Shown here: piece after piece, positions 57,171-64,000 of the stretch
How the letters are laid out: each line of letters begins with the position of its first letter
Numbering within the stretch: position 1 is the stretch's first letter
NCBI GenBank assembly: GCA_964463635.1
Contig: CAYXCB010000001.1
Span: 7,526-71,525 of the forward strand
Reading direction: 5' to 3'
DNA length: 64,000 nucleotides
Source: an uncultured Candidatus Saccharibacteria bacterium
GTDB lineage: Bacteria > Patescibacteriota > Saccharimonadia > Saccharimonadales > CAZARM01
The notes under the pieces: model-generated
Seen by the model: only the letters and a program-made list of their open reading frames with translations
The model's database searches: none
Told to the model about the DNA's origin: nothing
Translations under genes and position numbers: made by a program

Positions 57171-57644
57171 CTATCCTTTCGCTCCACCATTCCACTCAAG
57201 TTTATACTTCTGACCTGACGTGCCGCCAAAGCGACCAAACACATACCAGTTAGTTACGCTAATCTTGTAGAACTGATGACCCTCATCATTTGAGGCTTCT
57301 TCAACAATATCATCTGTTATTTTCAGGCGAGCCTTTAGACATTCTGCTGCCGTATTTTGCTCATCACCTACTTCAAGCAATTCTGCCTTGCCCTCAAAGT
57401 AAACACCAACAACAGGGTCGCCTAGCTCATATTTATCAATGATATTTCCAGCTACGTTTGAATTGTTAGCAATTTCTTGGCTATGTCGTCTTGATTTTAA
57501 TGAACGGAAATACAGACTGAGGCTATCGTCATACGCAAAGTGGACTTCACAAACCCAAGGAGCATTATCGCTAACCGTTGCTAACGACATATGTATCGTC
57601 TTCTCAATAAACTCACGCACAACTTGTTCTATATCAACACTCAT
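57171..57644 (-). CDS. pyridoxamine 5'-phosphate oxidase-like FMN-binding protein
   Basis: 157-aa PNPOx-like split barrel (MSLATVSDNAPWVCEVHFAYD pattern). Confidence 0.55.
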   Translation of the reverse strand: MSVDIEQVVREFIEKTIHMSLATVSDNAPWVCEVHFAYDDSLSLYFRSLKSRRHSQEIANNSNVAGNIIDKYELGDPVVGVYFEGKAELLEVGDEQNTAAECLKARLKITDDIVEEASNDEGHQFYKISVTNWYVFGRFGGTSGQKYKLEWNGGAKG

Positions 57645-58600
57645 TTATTCACTCTCGTTGGAAATTCGTTTTTTGTTGCGCTAACCATATTATCTGTCCA
57701 TAGGACTACCGAGTTGTGCATAGATTCATAGGTAGTCCACGCATAAGCAGGAGCAGCCCAGACATTACCATTAAACTTCGTAAACTCGTTGGGTTTTCCC
57801 TCAAAGCCGTAGCCAAATAAATCTTCCTTAGCCACCATACCAAGCACCTGTTCTTGGTTAAACAAACCGTGTGCAATATCTACTAAGATAGCCGACTTCT
57901 TCATTGATTTAATGTGTTCTTCTGTAATCAACGCCAGCGTTTCAGGATTTTTAGCTGCTGTCGGAAAGATGACATCTGCCGTTTCTAGTAATTGCTCAAG
58001 TGATACTTCTTCGTAAGCGTCATTCGTTGAAGACCTTGACCAGTAAACTACATTCATATCAAGCCCCTTACAGGCTTCGGCAATCGCACTACCGATATGC
58101 CCTAAACCGATAATTCCAGCCGTCTTGCCCTTGAGCTGTACGCCACGATACTTCATAAAATCTTTGTCAAAATCCAGCGGGTAGTTATCTTTAATTAGTC
58201 TAGGAGTTTGCCGAGCTAAGTTAAACATCATCATAACCGCCCACTCTGCAACGGCTTGCGTAGAGAAGTTTACGATTTGGCAGATTGGTATATTACGCTC
58301 GTTAGCAACATCTTGCTCAACCCATTCAAAGCCGGTAGAAGCTATTAGAATGCCTTTGAGATTTGGAATATCTTTGTAGTCTGCGCTGCTTAGTTTCCAG
58401 CTAACATAATCGGGATTCAAGCACAGCAACCGTTCTTCGTCACCTTCAAATAATGCTTTGCAGTCGCTAATCGGTTCAATCTCTTTTGTAATTACCAATT
58501 CAAGTCCACTGTCTTTCAACTTACTTAAAAGCTCGTCGGTGATTAGTTCGTCCCAAAGCGGGTCAAATATAAATGCTTTCATACCGTAACTATACAACAT
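57641..58600 (-). CDS. D-isomer-specific 2-hydroxyacid dehydrogenase family protein
   Basis: NAD-binding GKTAGIIGLGHIGSAIA, catalytic-domain fold length 319 aa. Confidence 0.8.
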   Translation of the reverse strand: MLYSYGMKAFIFDPLWDELITDELLSKLKDSGLELVITKEIEPISDCKALFEGDEERLLCLNPDYVSWKLSSADYKDIPNLKGILIASTGFEWVEQDVANERNIPICQIVNFSTQAVAEWAVMMMFNLARQTPRLIKDNYPLDFDKDFMKYRGVQLKGKTAGIIGLGHIGSAIAEACKGLDMNVVYWSRSSTNDAYEEVSLEQLLETADVIFPTAAKNPETLALITEEHIKSMKKSAILVDIAHGLFNQEQVLGMVAKEDLFGYGFEGKPNEFTKFNGNVWAAPAYAWTTYESMHNSVVLWTDNMVSATKNEFPTRVNK

Positions 58601-58768
58601 TTACCTCTTAAAATCTGTCTTTTTAGTGGACACTTTTCTTAAAATTACTTTGCGAACACCAGTATTTACTAAGGGGTCGCACAAACACCGCTCAGAGAGG
58701 CTGAGAATGGCTTAAAACCTGTATTCAGGCTCGCATTGACTACTGTTTCTTATTAGACTGCCGACAAT

Positions 58769-58987
58769 ATGTCAAACAACCTAGAACAAGCAGTCAAAAA
58801 CCGAAAAGAAATGGCAGAAATCAAACGTAAATTGCTGACTGGCGAGATTAGCCGAGACGAAGCAAAACGACTAGCACAACCAATAATTAATTTAGCAAAT
58901 AAGCATTGTGTGGAAATAGCAAAGAAACACGGCAAGAAACCATATAAGTTAAACTTCACTAGTTTAATGAGAGATAGTTACGGATGA
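58769..58987 (+). CDS. small hypothetical protein
   Basis: 72-aa ORF on the integrated element, stop overlaps the next small ORF start (ATGA). Confidence 0.35.
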   Translation: MSNNLEQAVKNRKEMAEIKRKLLTGEISRDEAKRLAQPIINLANKHCVEIAKKHGKKPYKLNFTSLMRDSYG

Positions 58988-59130
58988 AGAAACAAAAAAC
59001 TGAATCGTGGCGAAGATTTGTATTGAATTATGACGACGCAAAAATTACCTTTCCTGACGGTACAGTCAAGCTACCGAAAGGACTAACAGAAAAGTCCAAA
59101 AGGCTCGCAATAAAGCGAAAAAAGCACTAG
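58984..59130 (+). CDS. small hypothetical basic protein (48 aa), not in ORF track
   Basis: Translationally coupled (ATGA overlap) to the upstream ORF. Confidence 0.3.
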   Translation: MKKQKTESWRRFVLNYDDAKITFPDGTVKLPKGLTEKSKRLAIKRKKH

Positions 59131-59187
59131 TTTTTATTATCAATAAAAATTAAAAGAACAGCGACGAACAGTGGGCTTTTTAGCTTT

Positions 59188-60042
59188 TTGCGTATAATTA
59201 CGTTTATGACTGGCCGAGAAAAAATACTTATTACAATAAACCTGATTGACCACTATTATCAGCAATCGTTATCAGGCAATACAGTTAAGTTTGATTCCAA
59301 TGATTTAGACAATGCCGGTATCCGACTTGAAGAGCAAAACAACATTTTAGACGCCCTCAAAGAAGACTACGAATGCATTGAGTACTCATACACAAAGCCT
59401 TATTCAGATTTAACAGATGATGACAATCTTCCTAGTACTCTCGTTCAGCACTTACATATGAAATCAGGTGCAGTAGACGTAAAATATTACTATCTAGATT
59501 ATAAAATAAGGTCGCAGAAAGATTTCATCATTACTATTCTTGATAAGTTTGATGAGGTTAAGAATAAAGCAAAAGCAGACGACTTAGAAAAATATCAGTA
59601 TCATACAACTGCGCTGTCAGATAAACCACTTGGTACACCTATAGTGGATAAAAATTCCTCAGAAATTATATATGTGGCCTTTAGGAATAATGTTCTCATT
59701 ATTGGTCTTAGGCCTGGTATGTCCGTTCCCTTAGGTAAGCCACTTAGATACGACAGTCCACCTTACAACTTTATGCAATATATCCTCAAGAACCCGAACA
59801 GACCCATAAGCGTACACGAGATACAAGAAAAGGTTGAAGGCTGCAAAACAAAAACCGACCTGAGTGAACTTGTTAGAAATTGCCATTTTAACAAAGAGTT
59901 AAAGAGAATATTCTTTGAAAGAACAACACAAAAGACTATACGCTTTACTCCTTGGAGAGAGTTAAATGGCGAGCAACTGGAATGGTTCATTAACTGGATA
60001 GAAACCACCCGTGAGCAAATCGCAACAAACCGTGAAGAATAA
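59188..60042 (+). CDS. hypothetical protein
   Basis: 284-aa ORF; followed by an intrinsic terminator. Confidence 0.45.
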   Translation: MRIITFMTGREKILITINLIDHYYQQSLSGNTVKFDSNDLDNAGIRLEEQNNILDALKEDYECIEYSYTKPYSDLTDDDNLPSTLVQHLHMKSGAVDVKYYYLDYKIRSQKDFIITILDKFDEVKNKAKADDLEKYQYHTTALSDKPLGTPIVDKNSSEIIYVAFRNNVLIIGLRPGMSVPLGKPLRYDSPPYNFMQYILKNPNRPISVHEIQEKVEGCKTKTDLSELVRNCHFNKELKRIFFERTTQKTIRFTPWRELNGEQLEWFINWIETTREQIATNREE

Positions 60043-60082
60043 CCATTCATAGAAGTTAGAATCAGTAATAATCGTGTAATTA

Positions 60083-60109
60083 AGGAGCTTTATAACAGCT
60101 CCTTTTTTC
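60083..60109 (+). terminator. intrinsic terminator
   Basis: AGGAGCT-TTATAAC-AGCTCCT stem followed by TTTTTT. Confidence 0.65.
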
Positions 60110-60322
60110 TTATCTATAGTCTCTCGTATGTCAAACGAGAACAAAGCCAAATCAATAAAGAAAGGAGACGTAGAAGAAGCGTTTGAAACGCTGGCACAGT
60201 TCCTGTTTGAGCAATACAAGAAAAAGAAGCAAGCAGAAGAATACGAAGACGAGCAAGATATATAAACTTGCAGGTCTTAATTAAACATTACTTAATATAG
60301 AATGCTCAAGGAGGGCAAAACT

Positions 60323-60469
60323 ATGAAAAAGAAGACAGATTGGCGTCCGTACTATTTATTCAAATACACGGCGGAAAAAAGAGTTTGTTATCTGTATTAC
60401 AGAAACATACGAACAAAAGAAGTTAAGAAAATTGGAAAGATAGAGGTACAAAAAGATGTTAAGAACTAA
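60323..60469 (+). CDS. small basic hypothetical protein (48 aa) overlapping the recombinase start; possible excisionase/directionality factor
   Basis: AAGGAGG Shine-Dalgarno 7 nt upstream of ATG; stop overlaps the recombinase ATG. Confidence 0.3.
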   Translation: MKKKTDWRPYYLFKYTAEKRVCYLYYRNIRTKEVKKIGKIEVQKDVKN

Positions 60470-62093
60470 AGCAATCGCACTATGTCGTGTATCAACTAAG
60501 GGTCAAATGCTAGACGGCAACCTTGAACCACAAAAGGAGAATGTAGAGAAAGCAGCTAATATTTTAGATACAGACCTAGTAAAAGTCTGGGCATTAGCCG
60601 TATCTAGTCGTAAGGGTAAAAACGTAAAGCGTAAAGATTTGCACGAAATGCGTGACTACTGCAAAAGATTCAAATCAGTTAAGTACCTAATAATAGACGA
60701 GCCAGACAGATTTATGCGCTCAATAAAAGAGTATTACTGGTGGAAAGTGGAATTTGAGCTTGTTGGTGTACAGATACGCTTTTCAAACAATCCAACTGCT
60801 GACCCCGAAGATGATAGGGTTGTATTTGATGAGCTGATAGATGTCTATCGTGCTGAGCAAAGTAACAATGAACGAATTAAGAAAACTCCAGGTAAAATGA
60901 TGGCAAAGATTCGGGCTGGCTACTATCCAAGTAATCCGCACACTGGCTATAAGAAGTCTGATATACCAGGTTTGCACGAACCAGATGAGCCAAACTGGTC
61001 AGCTATGCGAAGTACGTTCAAGGAAATGGTATCTGGTGAACTAACAGTTAGCGAGGGTCTTAAAGAAGTCACCAAACGTGGACTACGCACTAAGAACTAT
61101 GGACCGAAAGCTGTAGGTGGCAAAACAATTGATATGTTCCGCTGGAAAGCCCTTATGTGCGACCCGTACTATTACGGATTCCTTAAACTTGGCGATTGGT
61201 CAGAGGAAAATGCGAACGGTTTACATAAGACAATGATTACAAAGGAGGAACACGAAATACTTGTAGCGTTGGCAAAGAATAAGGGTAAACGATTTATAGT
61301 GAACCGAAACAATCCTGAATTCCCGTTCTCAAATGAGGCGGAATGTACGAGGTGTGTATTTTCTGATAATCCTTACCCTAGGTTAGTTGGCTACTGGCAA
61401 AATAATGGAGCAAAGAAAAACAGACTTAGGTATAGGCGTTACAGATGCAGAGACTGCAATCTTGGAGTGAGGCAAGAGGCACTCCACGAAGGCATAACGG
61501 AGGAGCTATCACAGCTCCTCTTGTCTTTAGAACAGAAAGAAAAGCTAAAGGAACACGCCCGAAAGATATGGCGGTCATACGAAAAAGTAAGGATTGAACA
61601 GGCTAGAATAGCCTTAGGACGACTTACAATACTGAAAGAAAAGAAGAACAAGTTCATTGAGAGCTTAGTAGCCAACCCAAACCTTGCAGAAGACATTCAA
61701 GAATCAATTGAACAGATTAAAAGTGATATTGTTGTAGCCGAACAGGAAGCGTCAGAAGCTCAAGACTTTGAAAAGGACTTCATAGAGTTTATAGGCTTTG
61801 CTTTTGACTTTATGGACAACTTAAAGGGTAAATGGTGGGAGTTAGACAAGGACACTATGAAAATATGTAAACAAGTGTTATTTCCGTGCGGAATCCAGCT
61901 ACTCCCAAATAAAAAAGTTTATATACCTAAAATTAGCCTAGTTTACGGGGGTGATGATAACAAAAAAGCCCCCGAAGGGGCTGATTTTACTAGACTGGAG
62001 GGCCCAGTGGGACTCGAACCCACGACACTCTGCTTAAGAGGCAGATGCTCTAACCAACTGAGCTATGGGCCCATATTCCAATTGTACATGTAG
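60456..62093 (+). CDS. large serine recombinase (resolvase domain + recombinase domain + zinc ribbon + coiled coil)
   Basis: N-terminal IALCRVSTKGQ (catalytic Ser), DEPDRFMRS, recombinase-domain block, CTRC...CRDC zinc ribbon, C-terminal coiled coil; last ~30 codons overlap tRNA-Lys on the opposite strand. Confidence 0.8.
   Translation: MLRTKAIALCRVSTKGQMLDGNLEPQKENVEKAANILDTDLVKVWALAVSSRKGKNVKRKDLHEMRDYCKRFKSVKYLIIDEPDRFMRSIKEYYWWKVEFELVGVQIRFSNNPTADPEDDRVVFDELIDVYRAEQSNNERIKKTPGKMMAKIRAGYYPSNPHTGYKKSDIPGLHEPDEPNWSAMRSTFKEMVSGELTVSEGLKEVTKRGLRTKNYGPKAVGGKTIDMFRWKALMCDPYYYGFLKLGDWSEENANGLHKTMITKEEHEILVALAKNKGKRFIVNRNNPEFPFSNEAECTRCVFSDNPYPRLVGYWQNNGAKKNRLRYRRYRCRDCNLGVRQEALHEGITEELSQLLLSLEQKEKLKEHARKIWRSYEKVRIEQARIALGRLTILKEKKNKFIESLVANPNLAEDIQESIEQIKSDIVVAEQEASEAQDFEKDFIEFIGFAFDFMDNLKGKWWELDKDTMKICKQVLFPCGIQLLPNKKVYIPKISLVYGGDDNKKAPEGADFTRLEGPVGLEPTTLCLRGRCSNQLSYGPIFQLYM
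61996..62072 (-). tRNA. tRNA-Lys (anticodon CUU)
   Basis: GGGCCCATAGCTCAGTTGGTTAGAGCATCTGCCTCTTAAGCAGAGTGTCGTGGGTTCGAGTCCCACTGGGCCCTCCA: full cloverleaf, anticodon loop CTCTTAA, encoded CCA. Confidence 0.8.
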
Positions 62094-62202
62094 GGTTCAA
62101 ATCCTGGGAACCCCGACCCAAAGATAATTTTCTGCTGAAAATTTCTTTCGGCATGCCTCACGCCGTCGCGTTCCGGCCTTGCAAAAGTCCACAGGACTTT
62201 CT

Positions 62203-62249
62203 CACCCTGCTTAAGAGGCAGGTGCTCTAACCAGCTGAGCTACTGGCCC
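62203..62249 (-). pseudogene. truncated tRNA-Lys(CUU)-like 5' half (acceptor 5' strand, D-arm, anticodon arm only)
   Basis: GGGCCAGTAGCTCAGCTGGTTAGAGCACCTGCCTCTTAAGCAGGGTG: ~85% identical to the intact tRNA-Lys 5' half; no T-arm or 3' acceptor follows. Confidence 0.5.
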
Positions 62250-62326
62250 TCGTCGGAACCGACGGTCGGCTTCCAGAAAACAAATGTATTTGTTTTCCTT
62301 CCATCCTCTAGTCGCTTCCTCTTCTC

Positions 62327-62361
62327 AATTTTGTAAACAGCTTCGCTTGGTTTACAAAATT
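62327..62361. repeat. inverted repeat AATTTTGTAAAC-N11-GTTTACAAAATT
   Basis: Perfect 12-bp arms; followed by two direct copies of GTAAATGCAAC at 62384 and 62411. Confidence 0.6.
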
Positions 62362-62461
62362 GGTGAGCTGCGGGTAAATGCAACGGGGGGAACTTTAGCA
62401 GATTACCCCTGTAAATGCAACCTAGGTTAGTGTATCCTAGTAATAGTAACGAGGACTCATT

Positions 62462-62581
62462 ATGAACCCCGATCAGCCCGATCCAGATATGCCGCCAGTA
62501 CCGCCGCCGGCTTCACCCGACCCAGCTCCGGATCAAGATCCGGTTGCGCCCGTTCCGCCTCCTGTTACCAATAAGTTATAG
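62462..62581 (+). CDS. small proline-rich hypothetical peptide (39 aa), not in ORF track
   Basis: GAGGA Shine-Dalgarno 6 nt upstream of ATG; precedes the DUF5684 gene. Confidence 0.25.
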   Translation: MNPDQPDPDMPPVPPPASPDPAPDQDPVAPVPPPVTNKL

Positions 62582-62636
62582 ATTTATTAATTAAAGTCGT
62601 ATAATTCCTACATAATCAACAATTAAGGAGTTCTAT

Positions 62637-63101
62637 ATGCTCAATCTTTTAGCGCAAGTCAATAATGTTACAGTCGATGGCGACAGCGGTGCTTTAGCAG
62701 CTGTCTTCGGCGGAACCTTCATGCTGGTGTGGCTGGCAGTAGTCGTAGTTAGCATCATTGGTATGTGGAAGGTGTTTGAAAAAGCCGGTAAACCGGGCTG
62801 GGTATCAATTATACCTGTTTACAACTACTGGGTTTTGGCGGAAATTGCTGGCAAACCAGGCTGGTGGGCACTAGTTTTTCTGCTTGCCTGGATTCCGGTG
62901 CTTGGACCGATTGCCGCCCTGGTAGTTGCTGTCCTGATCTCAATTGAGCTGGCTAAAGCCTTTGGTAAAGACCCTGCATATGCGGCACTTTTGGTACTAG
63001 TGCCATTTGTGGGCTTCCCAATGCTCGGTTTTGGCGACGCAAAGTACACTGCCCCGACAGCAACGGCTGCGCCCACACCACCAGCAACCCCTGCGGCCTA
63101 A
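62637..63101 (+). CDS. DUF5684-family small membrane protein
   Basis: MWKVFEKAGKPGW...IIPVYNYWVLAEIAGKPGWW internal repeat characteristic of DUF5684; Ala/Pro/Thr-rich tail. Confidence 0.55.
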   Translation: MLNLLAQVNNVTVDGDSGALAAVFGGTFMLVWLAVVVVSIIGMWKVFEKAGKPGWVSIIPVYNYWVLAEIAGKPGWWALVFLLAWIPVLGPIAALVVAVLISIELAKAFGKDPAYAALLVLVPFVGFPMLGFGDAKYTAPTATAAPTPPATPAA

Positions 63102-63135
63102 AAAGCTACTTAGTAGTTACAGAAAAAAGCGGACT

Positions 63136-63609
63136 CTACCGCTTTTTTCTTTTGTAGACCGCAAAACGAAACGTAATGCCGTTTTCCGTCATGGGTTCAG
63201 AAATCTCTACTTGTTCAAAGTCAGTTTCAAAATCCGGAAAAAACTTGGTGCACTGAAAATCACCCTCAACATGCGTTAAGTACAATTCATCAGCCAGGTC
63301 TAATGTGCTGGCGAATAGCCCGGCTCCGCCACCAACCCAGATGTCTTCTTTAAGGTTTTTTAAAAACTCTCTTGCGTCACCTGTTTTTTCAAATCCTGGC
63401 CTTAGCGGCTCAGTGCTACTAGTTGCTACTATGTTGCGTCGATTTGGCAATGGCAGCTGCTGTTCTTTGTACCAGCCAGCACCCATCATGACAATGCCGC
63501 CGGTTGTCATGTCGCGAAAGTAATGTTTGTCAGTCGGTAGGTCCCAGGGAATGCCGTGGTCGTCGGCTATACCCTTTTTGCTATCTATCGCGGCTATAAA
63601 TTTGATCAT
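63136..63609 (-). CDS. folA: dihydrofolate reductase
   Basis: IAAIDSKKGIADDHGIPW N-terminal motif, 157 aa. Confidence 0.8.
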   Translation of the reverse strand: MIKFIAAIDSKKGIADDHGIPWDLPTDKHYFRDMTTGGIVMMGAGWYKEQQLPLPNRRNIVATSSTEPLRPGFEKTGDAREFLKNLKEDIWVGGGAGLFASTLDLADELYLTHVEGDFQCTKFFPDFETDFEQVEISEPMTENGITFRFAVYKRKKR

Positions 63610-63612
63610 GTT

Positions 63613-64000
63613 TTATCTTTTTATACTTGGTCGGATGTGGTTTAGCAAGAAAAAAGACCCAGCCACTACTAAAAGTTTCTCCGGGCGCTTGAGCAGTACC
63701 CGAAAAGCGGCTTCCGGCTCAGCAATTACTTCCCAATCATCAAAACCTGTCATATGAATTTTCTCAGCAACTTGCTTAGGGTTAACCGAAAATTTTGGCG
63801 TGTCTTGTTCGCCGTAGAAAGACGTAATGACTATGTGGTCAGCGAACTTTACTACTGTTTCAACGGTTGATTGTGTCCGGCGTCCGCCAGTCTTAACGAT
63901 ACTGAACAGCAGGGCGATTTTGTCATCTGGATAGCGCTGTTTGATGCTCTTAAACAAGGCTTGGAGTTTCTGGGCGTTATGGGCACCGTCCATGATTAGG
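63613..64000 (-). CDS. folC: folylpolyglutamate synthase/dihydrofolate synthase, C-terminal part (gene continues beyond window)
   Basis: Mur-ligase C-terminal domain with DGAHN motif; adjacent to folA; 5' end outside window. Confidence 0.55.
   Translation of the reverse strand, partial: LIMDGAHNAQKLQALFKSIKQRYPDDKIALLFSIVKTGGRRTQSTVETVVKFADHIVITSFYGEQDTPKFSVNPKQVAEKIHMTGFDDWEVIAEPEAAFRVLLKRPEKLLVVAGSFFLLNHIRPSIKR

Larger units (their letters stand above)
52400..62072. mobile_element. integrative element (~9.7 kb) inserted at tRNA-Lys(CUU), carrying a large serine recombinase, XRE/ImmA switch, a TIR/4-TM candidate defence module and a redox operon
   Basis: Intact tRNA at one end overlapped by the recombinase 3' end; partial tRNA 3'-end repeat at the other end; phage/ICE-type regulatory genes; apparently lower GC by eye. 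Confidence 0.6.

Noticed and set aside
62073-62260. Single intron-containing or permuted tRNA spanning the partial tRNA-Lys and the spacer
   Set aside because: No T-arm or 3' acceptor strand follows the 5' half. The plus-strand GGTTCAAATCC at ~62094 lacks a complementary stem and upstream cloverleaf, and the spacer has no group-I-like P/Q/R/S elements recognisable by eye.
1151-63757. Numerous 60-150-aa ORFs in the track lying antisense inside large genes (e.g. 1646..2041, 20015..20344, 24082..24477, 35162..35712, 37680..38096, 45556..45939)
   Set aside because: Fully embedded antisense to well-supported genes with recognisable domains; Ser/Arg/Ala-rich translations characteristic of non-coding frames.
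1-64000. CRISPR array or cas genes
   Set aside because: No run of regularly spaced direct repeats of 24-48 nt and no Cas-like ORFs; the only repeated elements are the three hairpin elements and operator-like palindromes.

Overview
This 64 kb window is a gene-dense bacterial segment with mostly minus-strand housekeeping genes. The gene content (sortase with LPXTG surface proteins, reduced metabolism, many small hypothetical secreted proteins, TTG/GTG starts) fits a small-genome Gram-positive-like or CPR/Saccharibacteria-like organism; this is an inference only.

Identifiable core genes:
- Early region: cysteine desulfurase, tatD, metG, Nudix and MazG-like hydrolases, pyrE-like and pyrF, a GH37 trehalase, mgtE, a CDP-alcohol phosphatidyltransferase, and a DEAD-box helicase.
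- Middle region: a MarR regulator, rsmA/ksgA, a purine block (purQ, a PurS-PurS-PurL fusion, purN), a G5/DUF348 wall protein, pcrA, and a glycolytic block (pyk-pgk-tpiA).
- Late region: tRNA-Glu(UUC) with a NYN nuclease, LPXTG proteins plus a sortase, a histidine kinase, an orphan receiver domain, an ALDH-like protein, a GT4 glycosyltransferase, murD, murI, folD, and folA with partial folC.

The main accessory feature is an integrative element of about 9.7 kb (about 52.40-62.07 kb) inserted at the 3' end of tRNA-Lys(CUU). It carries a large serine recombinase whose 3' end overlaps the tRNA, and a roughly 19-nt imperfect repeat of the tRNA 3' end at the far boundary. Its cargo is an XRE/ImmA regulatory pair, a DUF2188 gene, a ThsB-like TIR-domain protein followed 5 bp later by a 4-TM membrane protein (a candidate minimal Thoeris-like defence module), and a four-gene redox operon.

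Other notable signals:
- A structured intergenic element of about 90 nt, present twice in the glycolytic operon and once (half-copy) after the G5-protein gene, with compensatory base changes.
- A 22-bp palindromic MarR-type box present both upstream of marR and over the start of a zincin-like peptidase gene.
- A 950-bp non-coding region holding a promoter/terminator-bounded small transcript and a perfect 30-bp palindrome.
- A catalytically degenerate ArgRS-like paralogue, and paralogous secreted glycoside-hydrolase-like proteins.

No CRISPR array or rRNA gene was found.
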